NCBI GenBank assembly: GCA_963603365.1
Contig: CAVCMI010000009.1
Coordinates: 9,346 to 73,345 of the forward strand
Reading direction: 5' to 3'
DNA length: 64,000 nt
From: Oscillospiraceae bacterium
GTDB lineage: Bacteria > Bacteroidota > Bacteroidia > Bacteroidales > WCHB1-69
Below the pieces are notes generated by a model. The model ran no database searches, was not told the DNA's origin, and saw nothing but the letters and a program-made list of their open reading frames with translations. Positions 9,761 through 18,253 of the stretch are shown here, in pieces. The position numbers were made by a program, and so were the translations under genes. Every line of letters starts with the position of its first letter. Position 1 is the stretch's first letter.

Positions 9761-12370
9761 ATGGGAAAAAGTGCAGAAACCCCTTTGATGAGGCAGTACT
9801 ACAAATTCAAGGCGCAACATCCCGACGCCATATTACTGTTTCGAGTGGGCGACTTCTATGAAACCTACGGCAAAGACGCTGTCATCTCCTCTAAAACGCT
9901 GGGGATAACCTTGACAAAACACGGCAAAAACCAGTCACAGACGGAGCTTGCCGGCTTTCCCTACCATGCGCTTGACGTTTATTTGCCCAAGTTAGTAAGG
10001 GCGGGACTGCGGGTGGCCATTTGCGAACAGTTGGAAGACGCTAAGCTCACCAAGACGCTGGTAAAACGAGGCATCACAGAAATGGTGACCCCTGGCGTGT
10101 CTATCAATGACAAAGTGTTGGAACAACGCGAAAACAACTTTCTTTCGGCCATACAGTTTTCCGACAAGGTTTGCGGCATCGCATTCGTGGACATCTCCAC
10201 GGGCGAGTTCTATATGTCGGAAGGGGACTACGAATACATTGACAAACTCCTCCAGAATTTCAATCCTGCAGAACTGGTCATCCAGAAAGGGAAAACAGAG
10301 CTTTTCAAACAGCATTTCGGCGAGAAGATGCTGCTCACCACCTTAGACGACTGGGTTTTCATACCCGACTTCGCCTACGATCTGCTGACCAAACATTTCA
10401 AAACCACCTCTCTGAAAGGTTTCGGAGTAGAGAACCTCACGGTCGGAATCATAGCCGCTGGTGCAGCCTTGCAGTACCTCTATGAGACCCAAAACCACAG
10501 AATACAGCATATCAGCAAAATAAACCGGATTGAAGAAGAGCACTATGTATGGCTTGACAAATTCACCATCCGTAACCTCGAACTGGTGCAGACATCTAAC
10601 GAGGATGCCGTCACGTTGATGCAGGTGCTCGACCATACGCAGACTCCGATGGGCTCGCGGATGCTTCGGAAATGGATACTTATGCCACTGAAAGAAAAGG
10701 TCTTCATAGACGAACGGCTTTCCGTTGTGGACCATTTCATACATGACGGAGAATTGCTGGCAGAGATCCGGAGCACCTTGCGGCGGATGGGCGATTTAGA
10801 GCGTATGGTTTCCAAAATAGCCGCCAGCAAAATCAATCCGCGCGAGGCCTTGCAGCTGGCTCGCGCCTTGCGTGCCGTTGAGTGCGTGCAAGCCGCCTGC
10901 CGACGCACAAGACACCCTGCATTGAACAAGATTGCTGAACAGTTGAACCCTTGCCTGCTTGTCTGCCAACGCATTGAAAACGAGATACAAGAAGACCCTC
11001 CTGTAGTTGTCAGCAAAGGCGGGGTGTTCAAGCGTGGCGTCAACAGCGAACTGGATGAACTTGCAGACTTGGCCAAAAACAGCAGGGATATTTTAGCGCA
11101 GATTCAACGTAGAGAAGCCGAAAAAACCGGCATCTCTTCCCTGAAAATCGGTTTCAACAATATTTTCGGGTACTATCTTGAAGTAACCAATCTACACAAA
11201 AACAAGGTTCCGGCCGAGTGGACCCGGAAACAGACGCTCTCAAACGGAGAACGCTACATCACAGAAGAACTTAAGGAAATTGAGACCAAGATATTCGGAG
11301 CACAAGACAGAATGCTCGAAATAGAGACAAAACTGTACAACGATTTGGTCGGAAATCTGTTAGACTACATTTCGCTGATACAGATTGACGCACGGCTCAT
11401 CGCCCGCCTTGACGTTCTGCTGTGCTTTGCAGATGTTTCCAAGGAGAACAACTATGTAAAACCTGACGTTAACGAGGGCACTGCTCTAAAAATCAGCAGC
11501 GGCCGGCATCCTGTCATAGAAAAGCAGTTGCCGCCTGGAGAACAGTACGTAGCCAACGATGTTTATCTCGACAATGACAAGCAACAGATTATCATCATAA
11601 CCGGTCCCAACATGTCCGGGAAATCGGCATTGCTTCGCCAGACTGCACTGATTGTACTGATGGCGCAAATGGGTTGCTTTGTGCCTGCCGATTCCGCAGA
11701 AATAGGAATCATCGATAAAATCTTCACCCGTGTGGGGGCGTCCGACAACATTTCCACCGGAGAATCAACCTTTATGGTCGAGATGAACGAAACCGCCAGC
11801 ATCCTGAACAACATCTCGGAACGAAGCCTGATCCTGCTCGACGAGATCGGTCGCGGCACCAGCACGTATGACGGCGTTTCGATTGCCTGGTCCATTGCTG
11901 AATACCTGCATGAGAACCCTTATTATCATGCTAAAGTATTGTTTGCCACCCATTATCATGAACTCAACGATATGGCGGCACAGTTCAGCCGGATAAAGAA
12001 TTTCCATGTGTCCGTCAGGGAGATTGACAACAAGGTGTTCTTTATGCGCAAACTCGAACCCGGCGGCAGCGAACACAGTTTCGGCATACATGTGGCACGA
12101 ATGGCCGGCATGCCTGAAAAGGTGCTTGCCCGCGCTAATGAGATACTGAAACAATTGGAACAATCACGAAGCGGCCAAGAAGAGCACAAAAGCATCGAAA
12201 AGCACGCGTCCGGTTACCAACTCAGTTTCATCAACCTCGACGACCCATTGCTGTTAGAGGTGAAAGACCTGATTGTCGGGCTGGACATCAATGCTTTAAC
12301 TCCGGTGGATGCCTTGAATAAATTGAACGAGATCCAACAACTGCTCACAGGGAAAAACAAACAGAAATGA
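9761..12370 (+). CDS. mutS: DNA mismatch repair protein MutS
   Basis: 869 aa with PLMRQYYKFKAQHPDAILLFRVGDFYE, Walker A GPNMSGKS and DEIGRGTSTYDG. Confidence 0.95.
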   Translation: MGKSAETPLMRQYYKFKAQHPDAILLFRVGDFYETYGKDAVISSKTLGITLTKHGKNQSQTELAGFPYHALDVYLPKLVRAGLRVAICEQLEDAKLTKTLVKRGITEMVTPGVSINDKVLEQRENNFLSAIQFSDKVCGIAFVDISTGEFYMSEGDYEYIDKLLQNFNPAELVIQKGKTELFKQHFGEKMLLTTLDDWVFIPDFAYDLLTKHFKTTSLKGFGVENLTVGIIAAGAALQYLYETQNHRIQHISKINRIEEEHYVWLDKFTIRNLELVQTSNEDAVTLMQVLDHTQTPMGSRMLRKWILMPLKEKVFIDERLSVVDHFIHDGELLAEIRSTLRRMGDLERMVSKIAASKINPREALQLARALRAVECVQAACRRTRHPALNKIAEQLNPCLLVCQRIENEIQEDPPVVVSKGGVFKRGVNSELDELADLAKNSRDILAQIQRREAEKTGISSLKIGFNNIFGYYLEVTNLHKNKVPAEWTRKQTLSNGERYITEELKEIETKIFGAQDRMLEIETKLYNDLVGNLLDYISLIQIDARLIARLDVLLCFADVSKENNYVKPDVNEGTALKISSGRHPVIEKQLPPGEQYVANDVYLDNDKQQIIIITGPNMSGKSALLRQTALIVLMAQMGCFVPADSAEIGIIDKIFTRVGASDNISTGESTFMVEMNETASILNNISERSLILLDEIGRGTSTYDGVSIAWSIAEYLHENPYYHAKVLFATHYHELNDMAAQFSRIKNFHVSVREIDNKVFFMRKLEPGGSEHSFGIHVARMAGMPEKVLARANEILKQLEQSRSGQEEHKSIEKHASGYQLSFINLDDPLLLEVKDLIVGLDINALTPVDALNKLNEIQQLLTGKNKQK

Positions 12371-12469
12371 CAAGGAGTGATACGCAGACCGTCATCCAAA
12401 TTCTCAATTTAACACCACAACAAATGTTGGCACGTTATTTGCGTACAATTGGCTGCTAATCTTTTTTCT

Positions 12470-12997
12470 ATGAAGCCCAAAATTGAACTCAAGGCAGACA
12501 AACAGCGAGTCGCAGAAGGTGAGGTCGTAGAGGTCACCTGGTCGTGTACAAACGCCGAGTTGGTGCAGCTTACGGTAGACAACGGATATAAAACGATAAC
12601 ACAGACCGTAGAACCACGCGGCTCAAAGAAATTCCGCCTTAACCGGTCAAGCGGCAAGACACAACTGGTGATCGGCGCCACAAACGACGGGAAGACCTAT
12701 TACAAGTCTGTCAGCGTGCGCGTCAAGCGCACAAAAAAAGCGAATGCCGGAAACGATTATGACGACTATACGGGATATGCAGGGGCTAAGCGCAACGGGT
12801 TGAAGAACACTTGGACAAACTTCAAGACTAAGGCAAAATATGCTTGGGGAAGCATGACCGAAAAGAAAAAATTAGCAAACATAGTGTTACCAATACTTTG
12901 TCTGTCCTTAATATTTTCGACTTTTTCGCCTGTGTTCTCGAACATCTGCATCCTTGTTGTTATTGGCTATCTCTTGTGGACAATCCTGAAAAGGTAA
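12470..12997 (+). CDS. Hypothetical protein: N-terminal beta-rich (Ig-like?) domain, basic linker, C-terminal hydrophobic anchor
   Basis: The ATG at 12470 (MKPKIELKADKQRV...) is preferred to the TTG at 12449. There is no signal peptide. The C-terminus LANIVLPILCLSLIFSTFSPVFSNICILVVIGYLLWTIL is hydrophobic. I recognise no family. Confidence 0.45.
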   Translation: MKPKIELKADKQRVAEGEVVEVTWSCTNAELVQLTVDNGYKTITQTVEPRGSKKFRLNRSSGKTQLVIGATNDGKTYYKSVSVRVKRTKKANAGNDYDDYTGYAGAKRNGLKNTWTNFKTKAKYAWGSMTEKKKLANIVLPILCLSLIFSTFSPVFSNICILVVIGYLLWTILKR

Positions 12998-13237
12998 AGA
13001 AATTTGCCCAACAATATCATTGCACGATTAAGGCTGATGTCTCCATGATGAATATCAAGCTGAGTTTGTGCAATGTTCAAAACAAAACCACAACCTATAT
13101 CCGGGTTCTTTTTGGGCAGACCATTAGCTCGTTGCGGTGATGGTATTCAGGAATCGACAATGTACTTTTCTCGGCAGCATATTGATCAACAAAAGGGGGT
13201 TCCGGTTAGGCGACCATTGTGCCCAATAACAATAAAA

Positions 13238-13270
13238 AAAAAGACATACCATAAAATATGCCTTTTTTGT
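13238..13270. terminator. Bidirectional hairpin flanked by A9/T6, downstream of tRNA-Trp
   Basis: AAAAAAAAAGACATACCATAAAATATGCCTTTTTT. Stem GACATA/TATGCC includes one G.U pair. On the minus strand it is followed by T9. Confidence 0.5.
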
Positions 13271-13314
13271 TAAACCTTATCACATCAATTATGAAAAAAC
13301 ACAATGATTTTCAG

Positions 13315-13385
13315 CAGGGGATGAGAGAATCGAACTCCCATCTGCGGTTTTGGAGACCGTCATTCTACCATTAAACTAATCCCCT
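13315..13385 (-). tRNA. tRNA-Trp (anticodon CCA)
   Basis: Hand-folded cloverleaf with acceptor AGGGGAT/ATCCCCT, anticodon loop CTCCAAA and T-loop TTCGATT. There is an A27.C43 mismatch. CCA is not encoded. Confidence 0.9.
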
Positions 13386-13387
13386 GG

Positions 13388-13419
13388 ATAAAAAGGGGCA
13401 ATTGACTTGCCCCTTTTTG
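13388..13419 (-). terminator. Hairpin with U-run between tuf and tRNA-Trp
   Basis: Minus strand reads AGGGGCAA-gtcaa-TTGCCCCT followed by TTTTTAT. It may be a terminator or attenuator after tuf. Confidence 0.55.
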
Positions 13420-13435
13420 TTATATTCGATGACGA

Positions 13436-14623
13436 TTAGTCAAGGATTTCAGTAACCTGACCGGCACCTACCGTACGTCCACCCTCGCGGATAGCGAAAC
13501 GGAGGTTCTGGTTCAAAGCGATTTCAGAGAGCAGTTCAACTGTAATCTCAACGTTATCGCCAGGCATACACATCTCAACGCCAGCAGGCAGGGTGATTGC
13601 GCCCGTCACGTCCGTTGTACGGAAATAGAACTGAGGACGATAGTTGTTGCCAAACGGGGTATGACGACCGCCTTCTTCTTTCTTCAAAACATACACAGAA
13701 GCTTTGAATTTCTTGTGCGGGTGGATGGAACCCGGTTTTGCGATGACCATACCGCGACGGATTTCGTCCTTGTCAATACCGCGGAGCAGCAGACCTACGT
13801 TATCACCAGCTTCGCCTTCGTCGAGAATCTTGCGGAACATCTCGACACCGGTAACGACTGATTTCAGTTTTTCGGCACCCATACCGATAATGTCAACAGG
13901 GTCAGAAGTGTGGATGACACCCGTCTCGATTCTACCTGTAGCCACAGTACCACGTCCCGTGATAGAGAAGACGTCTTCTACCGGCATCAGGAAGTCTTTA
14001 TCGACATCGCGCGGAGGCAGCGGAATCCAGGTGTCAACTGCATCCATCAGTTCAACGATCTTTTCAACCCATTTCGGTTCAAGGTTCAAGCCGCCAAGAG
14101 CAGAACCGCGGATGACCGGGGTGTTGTCGCCGTCGAAACCGTAGAATGTCAGCAGGTCGCGGATTTCCATTTCAACGAGATCCAGAAGCTCAGGGTCGTC
14201 AACAAGGTCAACCTTGTTCATGAAAACAACCATTCTGGGCACGCCTACCTGCTTTGCCAACAGGATGTGCTCACGGGTCTGAGGCATCGGACCGTCTGTA
14301 GCAGCAACAACCAGAATGGCGCCGTCCATCTGAGCAGCACCCGTTACCATGTTCTTCACATAGTCGGCGTGACCCGGACAGTCAACGTGTGCGTAGTGAC
14401 GGTTTGCTGTTTCGTATTCGATATGAGCCGTGTTGATGGTAATACCACGCTCTTTTTCCTCGGGTGCGTTATCAATAGAATCGAATGATCTGACCTCGGA
14501 AAGACCCTTGTCTGCCAAAACAGTCGTGATAGCAGCCGTCAAAGTTGTCTTGCCATGGTCGATGTGACCAATGGTTCCCACATTTACGTGGGGTTTTGTA
14601 CGTTCAAATTTTTCTTTTGCCAT
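13436..14623 (-). CDS. tuf: Elongation factor Tu
   Basis: 395 aa with [17 protein letters not shown] and NKVD. Confidence 0.97.
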   Translation of the reverse strand: MAKEKFERTKPHVNVGTIGHIDHGKTTLTAAITTVLADKGLSEVRSFDSIDNAPEEKERGITINTAHIEYETANRHYAHVDCPGHADYVKNMVTGAAQMDGAILVVAATDGPMPQTREHILLAKQVGVPRMVVFMNKVDLVDDPELLDLVEMEIRDLLTFYGFDGDNTPVIRGSALGGLNLEPKWVEKIVELMDAVDTWIPLPPRDVDKDFLMPVEDVFSITGRGTVATGRIETGVIHTSDPVDIIGMGAEKLKSVVTGVEMFRKILDEGEAGDNVGLLLRGIDKDEIRRGMVIAKPGSIHPHKKFKASVYVLKKEEGGRHTPFGNNYRPQFYFRTTDVTGAITLPAGVEMCMPGDNVEITVELLSEIALNQNLRFAIREGGRTVGAGQVTEILD

Positions 14624-14681
14624 TTTCTTATAAATTAATGATTAATATTTTTAACAGTTATCTGTTGTCAAAAAAAAAGAG

Positions 14682-14753
14682 AGCCGTTGACGAGAGTTGA
14701 ACTCGTGACCCCCTCCTTACCAAGGAGGTACTCTACCACTGAGCTACAACGGC
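14682..14753 (-). tRNA. tRNA-Thr (anticodon GGU)
   Basis: Acceptor GCCGTTG/CAACGGC, anticodon stem-loop CCTCC-TTGGTAA-GGAGG, T-arm ACGAG-TTCAACT-CTCGT. Confidence 0.9.
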
Positions 14754-14807
14754 TGATTATCATACTTAAAAAAAGAACGTTTCACACGTACGTTTTAAAA
14801 AGGTTGG

Positions 14808-14815
14808 CAAAAATA
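14808..14815 (-). promoter_or_regulatory. -7 box (TATTTTTG on minus strand) upstream of tRNA-Thr/tuf
   Basis: The reverse complement of CAAAAATA matches TAnnTTTG. It lies about 55 nt upstream of the tRNA 5' end. Confidence 0.5.
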
Positions 14816-14856
14816 CATTTTTTTTGAGAGTTTCAACCTCAACAAGGAAAAAATAT

Positions 14857-15735
14857 TCATATTTTTTCTAATTTATTGACAATCAACCTTAAACTGTCTC
14901 TCCAATATGGTATAGCCATGCCTGTTTCATTTTCAATTTTGCTCAAATCGAACAATGAGCAGGCTGGTCTTGGCGCTTTTGCCGGATAATTTTCCGACAG
15001 AATGGCATCTACGATGCATCTGCGGCCACCGATTTCCATGATAGCCTGTGCAAAGTCGAACCAGCTGATGCTGCCTTTGTTTGCGAAATGGTAAATATCC
15101 ATCCCACTTTTCTTGCCGTTCTTTTCAATTACTCTCCATATAGCAGAGGCCAGGTCTCCCGCATAAGTCGGGGCTCCCACCTGGTCATAAACAACAGAGA
15201 CCCGTTCGCGTTCCTCCCCTAATTTGAGCATCGTCTTTACGAAATTATGGCCATACTCGGAATACAGCCACGAGGTGCGGATTACCGTTGCATTGCATCC
15301 GCTGTCCCGGATGGCCTGCTCGCCTTCCGCTTTAGACTTCCCGTAAACGGAATGCGGGGATAAAGGGTCTTCCTCCCGGTGTGGCCGACACTCGTTGCCG
15401 GCAAATACATAGTCGGTAGATATGTGTACCAGATACGCCCCATGGCGCTTCGAGCACTTTGCCAGATTGTCCACGGCATCGCGGTTGATGCGGTATGCTT
15501 CCGCAATGTTGTCTTCGGCCTTGTCAACAGCCGTATAGGCAGCAGCATTGACAATGACATCTATTTTATCCCTGACAACCCTCTGCTCTACCTGTCCGGC
15601 ATCGCAAATGTCAAGCGTGTCGATGTCTGTAAAGAAAAAAAGGCCTTTGTCTTCCGGAAGTCTTTGCGAAAAGTCTTGGATGCACTTTCCGAGTTGGCCA
15701 TTCGCTCCCGTCACCAGTATGTTGAGTTTGTTCAT
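14857..15735 (-). CDS. rfbD: dTDP-4-dehydrorhamnose reductase
   Basis: 292 aa with Rossmann motif ILVTGANGQLG, STDYVF and YGKSK, typical of RmlD. No rfbABC is adjacent. Confidence 0.88.
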   Translation of the reverse strand: MNKLNILVTGANGQLGKCIQDFSQRLPEDKGLFFFTDIDTLDICDAGQVEQRVVRDKIDVIVNAAAYTAVDKAEDNIAEAYRINRDAVDNLAKCSKRHGAYLVHISTDYVFAGNECRPHREEDPLSPHSVYGKSKAEGEQAIRDSGCNATVIRTSWLYSEYGHNFVKTMLKLGEERERVSVVYDQVGAPTYAGDLASAIWRVIEKNGKKSGMDIYHFANKGSISWFDFAQAIMEIGGRRCIVDAILSENYPAKAPRPACSLFDLSKIENETGMAIPYWRDSLRLIVNKLEKI

Positions 15736-15753
15736 TGGACAGTCGTATTTATG

Positions 15754-17160
15754 TCAGGCCAGTTCGACAGTTTCGCGGAAAAACGGCACGTATGCTTGTC
15801 TGAAACCAGCCTCTCCAAGATGCCGGACGTAAATTTTGCGCGCCTCGTCTTCGCCATGAACGACAAAGATGGATTTCAATTTCTTGTTGTCTTTCTGACA
15901 AGAAAGATAGGTGATGAGTTCTTTATAGTCGGCGTGTCCCGAATAGGCGTCGATTCTGGCAAGATGAGCATTGACATTGTAAAGCTGTCCAAAAATAGAG
16001 ACTTTCTTGTCGCCGCGCATGATTTTAGCCCCCAAGGTATTAGGAGAACAGTAGCCTACGCACAAGACCGTCGTCCTCGGGTTCTCGATATTGTTGGCCA
16101 GGTGATGTTTGATACGGCCGGCCTCCATCATGCCCGATGCGGATATGATGATGCATGGACGGTTTGAAGTGTTCAGCCGTTTTGAATCCTCCACTGTGCG
16201 GACATACGTCAGGTCGTCGAAACCGAACGGGTCTCTGTTCTGCTCCATGAATTGACGGATGTCGCTGTTGAAGTTCTCGTCATGCAGCCGGTAGATATTG
16301 GTTGCGGAACAAGCCAGCGGGCTGTCCACAAAGCACTCGACATCTGGCAGATTCCCGCTCTTTTTCAACCGGTGCAGCGAATAAACGATTTCCTGGGTTC
16401 TTCCAATGGCGAAAGAGGGGATGAGCAGTTTGCCTTTCCGTTTGGCACACGCATCTTTCACTACCATAGCCAATTCCATATCAGCCTCGGCCAGCGTTGA
16501 GTGCAGTCTGTCTCCGTAGGTCGATTCCGTGATGATATAGTCGGCGGGCGGAAACGCCTCAGGGTCGGGAAGGATTTGCTTGTTGTAACGCCCGATGTCG
16601 CCCGTATAGCAGAGCGTGCGTGTCTTGCGTCCCTCCTTAAAGGTAATATAGACAGCACTGCTTCCCAGCATGTGACCTGTTTCGAAAAATTCTATGGACA
16701 GGTCGGGCATGATGTCGAATTTCAGGTTTCGCGGGATGCTCACAAACTGGGACATACATTCGGCGGCGTCTTTTTCCGTATAAATCGGTTCGATAGGCTC
16801 TTTGCCAATTCGGGAGGTTTTCTTGTTGAACTGCTTGGTGTCGGCTTCCTGAATCCGTCCGGAGTCGGCCAACATAATAGCGCAAAGGTCACGGGTGGCC
16901 GGCGTGCAGAACACTTTGCCCCGGAATCCCAGTTTGTAAATGTAGGGGACAAGTCCCGAATGGTCGATGTGAGCATGCGACAGCAGCAGGATGTCAATGG
17001 CGGCCGGGTCGAAACCTAAGTCTCTGTTCATTTGGTCTGTTTCAAGTCCTTTGCCTTGATACATTCCGCAGTCCAGCAATATTTTAGTTCCTTTTTTAGT
17101 GGTAAGCAAAAACTTGCTGCCGGTAACCTCTCCGGTCGCGCCTAAAAAGTCTAATCTCAT
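15754..17160 (-). CDS. MBL-fold metallo-hydrolase with beta-CASP / RNA-specificity domain (RNase J/CPSF-like)
   Basis: 468 aa with LLSHAHIDHSG. The C-terminal SGHAD motif is typical of beta-CASP. Confidence 0.8.
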   Translation of the reverse strand: MRLDFLGATGEVTGSKFLLTTKKGTKILLDCGMYQGKGLETDQMNRDLGFDPAAIDILLLSHAHIDHSGLVPYIYKLGFRGKVFCTPATRDLCAIMLADSGRIQEADTKQFNKKTSRIGKEPIEPIYTEKDAAECMSQFVSIPRNLKFDIMPDLSIEFFETGHMLGSSAVYITFKEGRKTRTLCYTGDIGRYNKQILPDPEAFPPADYIITESTYGDRLHSTLAEADMELAMVVKDACAKRKGKLLIPSFAIGRTQEIVYSLHRLKKSGNLPDVECFVDSPLACSATNIYRLHDENFNSDIRQFMEQNRDPFGFDDLTYVRTVEDSKRLNTSNRPCIIISASGMMEAGRIKHHLANNIENPRTTVLCVGYCSPNTLGAKIMRGDKKVSIFGQLYNVNAHLARIDAYSGHADYKELITYLSCQKDNKKLKSIFVVHGEDEARKIYVRHLGEAGFRQAYVPFFRETVELA

Positions 17161-17181
17161 AATGCAGAAGTTTTATAGGGT

Positions 17182-17826
17182 TTAATCTTCTTTTTTTGGC
17201 CATACGTTCCGCCATCCATAGAAGAAGCCAAGGTGATAGCGCGCCGCAAAATAAAACACGACATGCCTCAATTTCCCTAACGGCATATACAGAAACAGCA
17301 GGATGCAGGCGATATAATACATGACGACAACAGCCGGGACGCACGAGAGGCACAGGTACAGCACAGTGAAGAGCTGGAATGTGGTGGTCAGAGCGTTGGA
17401 AATGTAGTCGTCTGGGGTAGTGAGCGGTTTCAAGTCTTTCGAAAATGCCCGTTTCAGCAGCATTGCGCATCCGCAGAGGCAAGCCACGGACACTACCGCA
17501 GCAAGGAGAAAACGCAATACCGGCAAGTTGTTCATCCATCGTCCGAAGAACGGGAAGAACGACAGGACGAAGATGAGCAGACTGCAGAAAGTGCCGATAT
17601 GGAAAAGCATACCGGAAGCATACGTCGGGATGTGCAAGTATGCCGACTCCTTGTTTTTCGGAGCCATAGCAATCGTGTTAGCATACAAGATGCCCTTGGC
17701 CGTGTCGCCGCTCTTCTCCGACAGGTCTTTCGGCTTGCCTAACCGGACAATTCTGACAAAAAAGGTGAACAGTCCGCAGAAACAGCACAATACAGCAGCC
17801 AGGGCGATATATTGGATTGGCAACAT
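17182..17826 (-). CDS. 5-TM membrane protein, possibly NarI/DsrM-like (nitrate-reductase-gamma family) cytochrome b
   Basis: 214 aa with about 5 TM helices. Two His pairs are present (AYLHIPTYASGMLFHIGTF; MPLGKLRHVVFYFAARYHLG). The FHxG and P..(K/R)L.H patterns recall NarI-family heme ligand motifs. The CDS itself is solid, but the function is tentative. Confidence 0.45.
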   Translation of the reverse strand: MLPIQYIALAAVLCCFCGLFTFFVRIVRLGKPKDLSEKSGDTAKGILYANTIAMAPKNKESAYLHIPTYASGMLFHIGTFCSLLIFVLSFFPFFGRWMNNLPVLRFLLAAVVSVACLCGCAMLLKRAFSKDLKPLTTPDDYISNALTTTFQLFTVLYLCLSCVPAVVVMYYIACILLFLYMPLGKLRHVVFYFAARYHLGFFYGWRNVWPKKED

Positions 17827-17847
17827 AAGCGCGGTTGGTTTCGGTGC

Positions 17848-18165
17848 TTATACGCAACCCTCCGGTTTCGGAAGTCCGGCAATGCGGCAGGCCCCTCTGG
17901 CAGGACCTAACGGGAACAGTTCGTATATCTCTTTCAGTTTCAGCCCTGAAGTCTTGCAGATGACGCGCACCATCGGGGCAATTCCCTTTTCTTCGTAATT
18001 TTCGCGGATGCAACGGATTATCTTCCAATGGTTTTCGTTCAACTCATCGATTCCGTCCACTTTGGCGATCGCAGCCGCCAGACCTTCTGTCCACTCCTCC
18101 GGCTTAAGCATGAAGCCGTCGCCGTCCAACTCGTACGTTTTTCCTTCGTATTCAATGTTTGCCAT
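17848..18165 (-). CDS. DsrC/TusE family sulfur-relay protein, two-cysteine (DsrC-type) C-terminal arm
   Basis: Start at MANIEYEGKTYELD. The upstream 17 codons of the track ORF are promoter sequence. The C-terminus CRIAGLPKPEGCV has Cys at -13 and -2. Confidence 0.85.
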   Translation of the reverse strand: MANIEYEGKTYELDGDGFMLKPEEWTEGLAAAIAKVDGIDELNENHWKIIRCIRENYEEKGIAPMVRVICKTSGLKLKEIYELFPLGPARGACRIAGLPKPEGCV

Positions 18166-18183
18166 AATTACAAGTGTTTTACA

Positions 18184-18235
18184 GGCGGCAAAAATACAAA
18201 AAAAACGACACTTCATTTTTTGTATTTTTGCCGCC
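18184..18235. promoter_or_regulatory. Divergent promoter pair (dsrC-like on minus, pnuC on plus) built as a perfect 20-nt inverted repeat
   Basis: GGCGGCAAAAATACAAAAAA (18184-18203), 12-nt spacer, then TTTTTTGTATTTTTGCCGCC (18216-18235). Each arm carries TATTTTTG. Confidence 0.6.
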
Positions 18236-18253
18236 GTTTCTGCTCAAAAATGT

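Noticed and set aside
12844-13273. Plus-strand ORFs 12844..13140 (98 aa) and 13073..13273 (66 aa), and a search for a small minus-strand secE
   Set aside because: The first overlaps the better-supported 12470..12997 gene out of frame. The second has no promoter or motif. Hand translation of the minus strand gave only very short ORFs, so there is no secE here.
13315-13385. tRNA-Trp as a possible integration site (genomic island boundary)
   Set aside because: There is no integrase or other mobile gene nearby, and I found no direct repeat of the tRNA 3' end in the window.
18008-18253. N-terminal extension of the pnuC track ORF
   Set aside because: It runs antisense through the dsrC-like gene and across the promoter palindrome. 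The PnuC homology starts at MDAIEIVG (18254).
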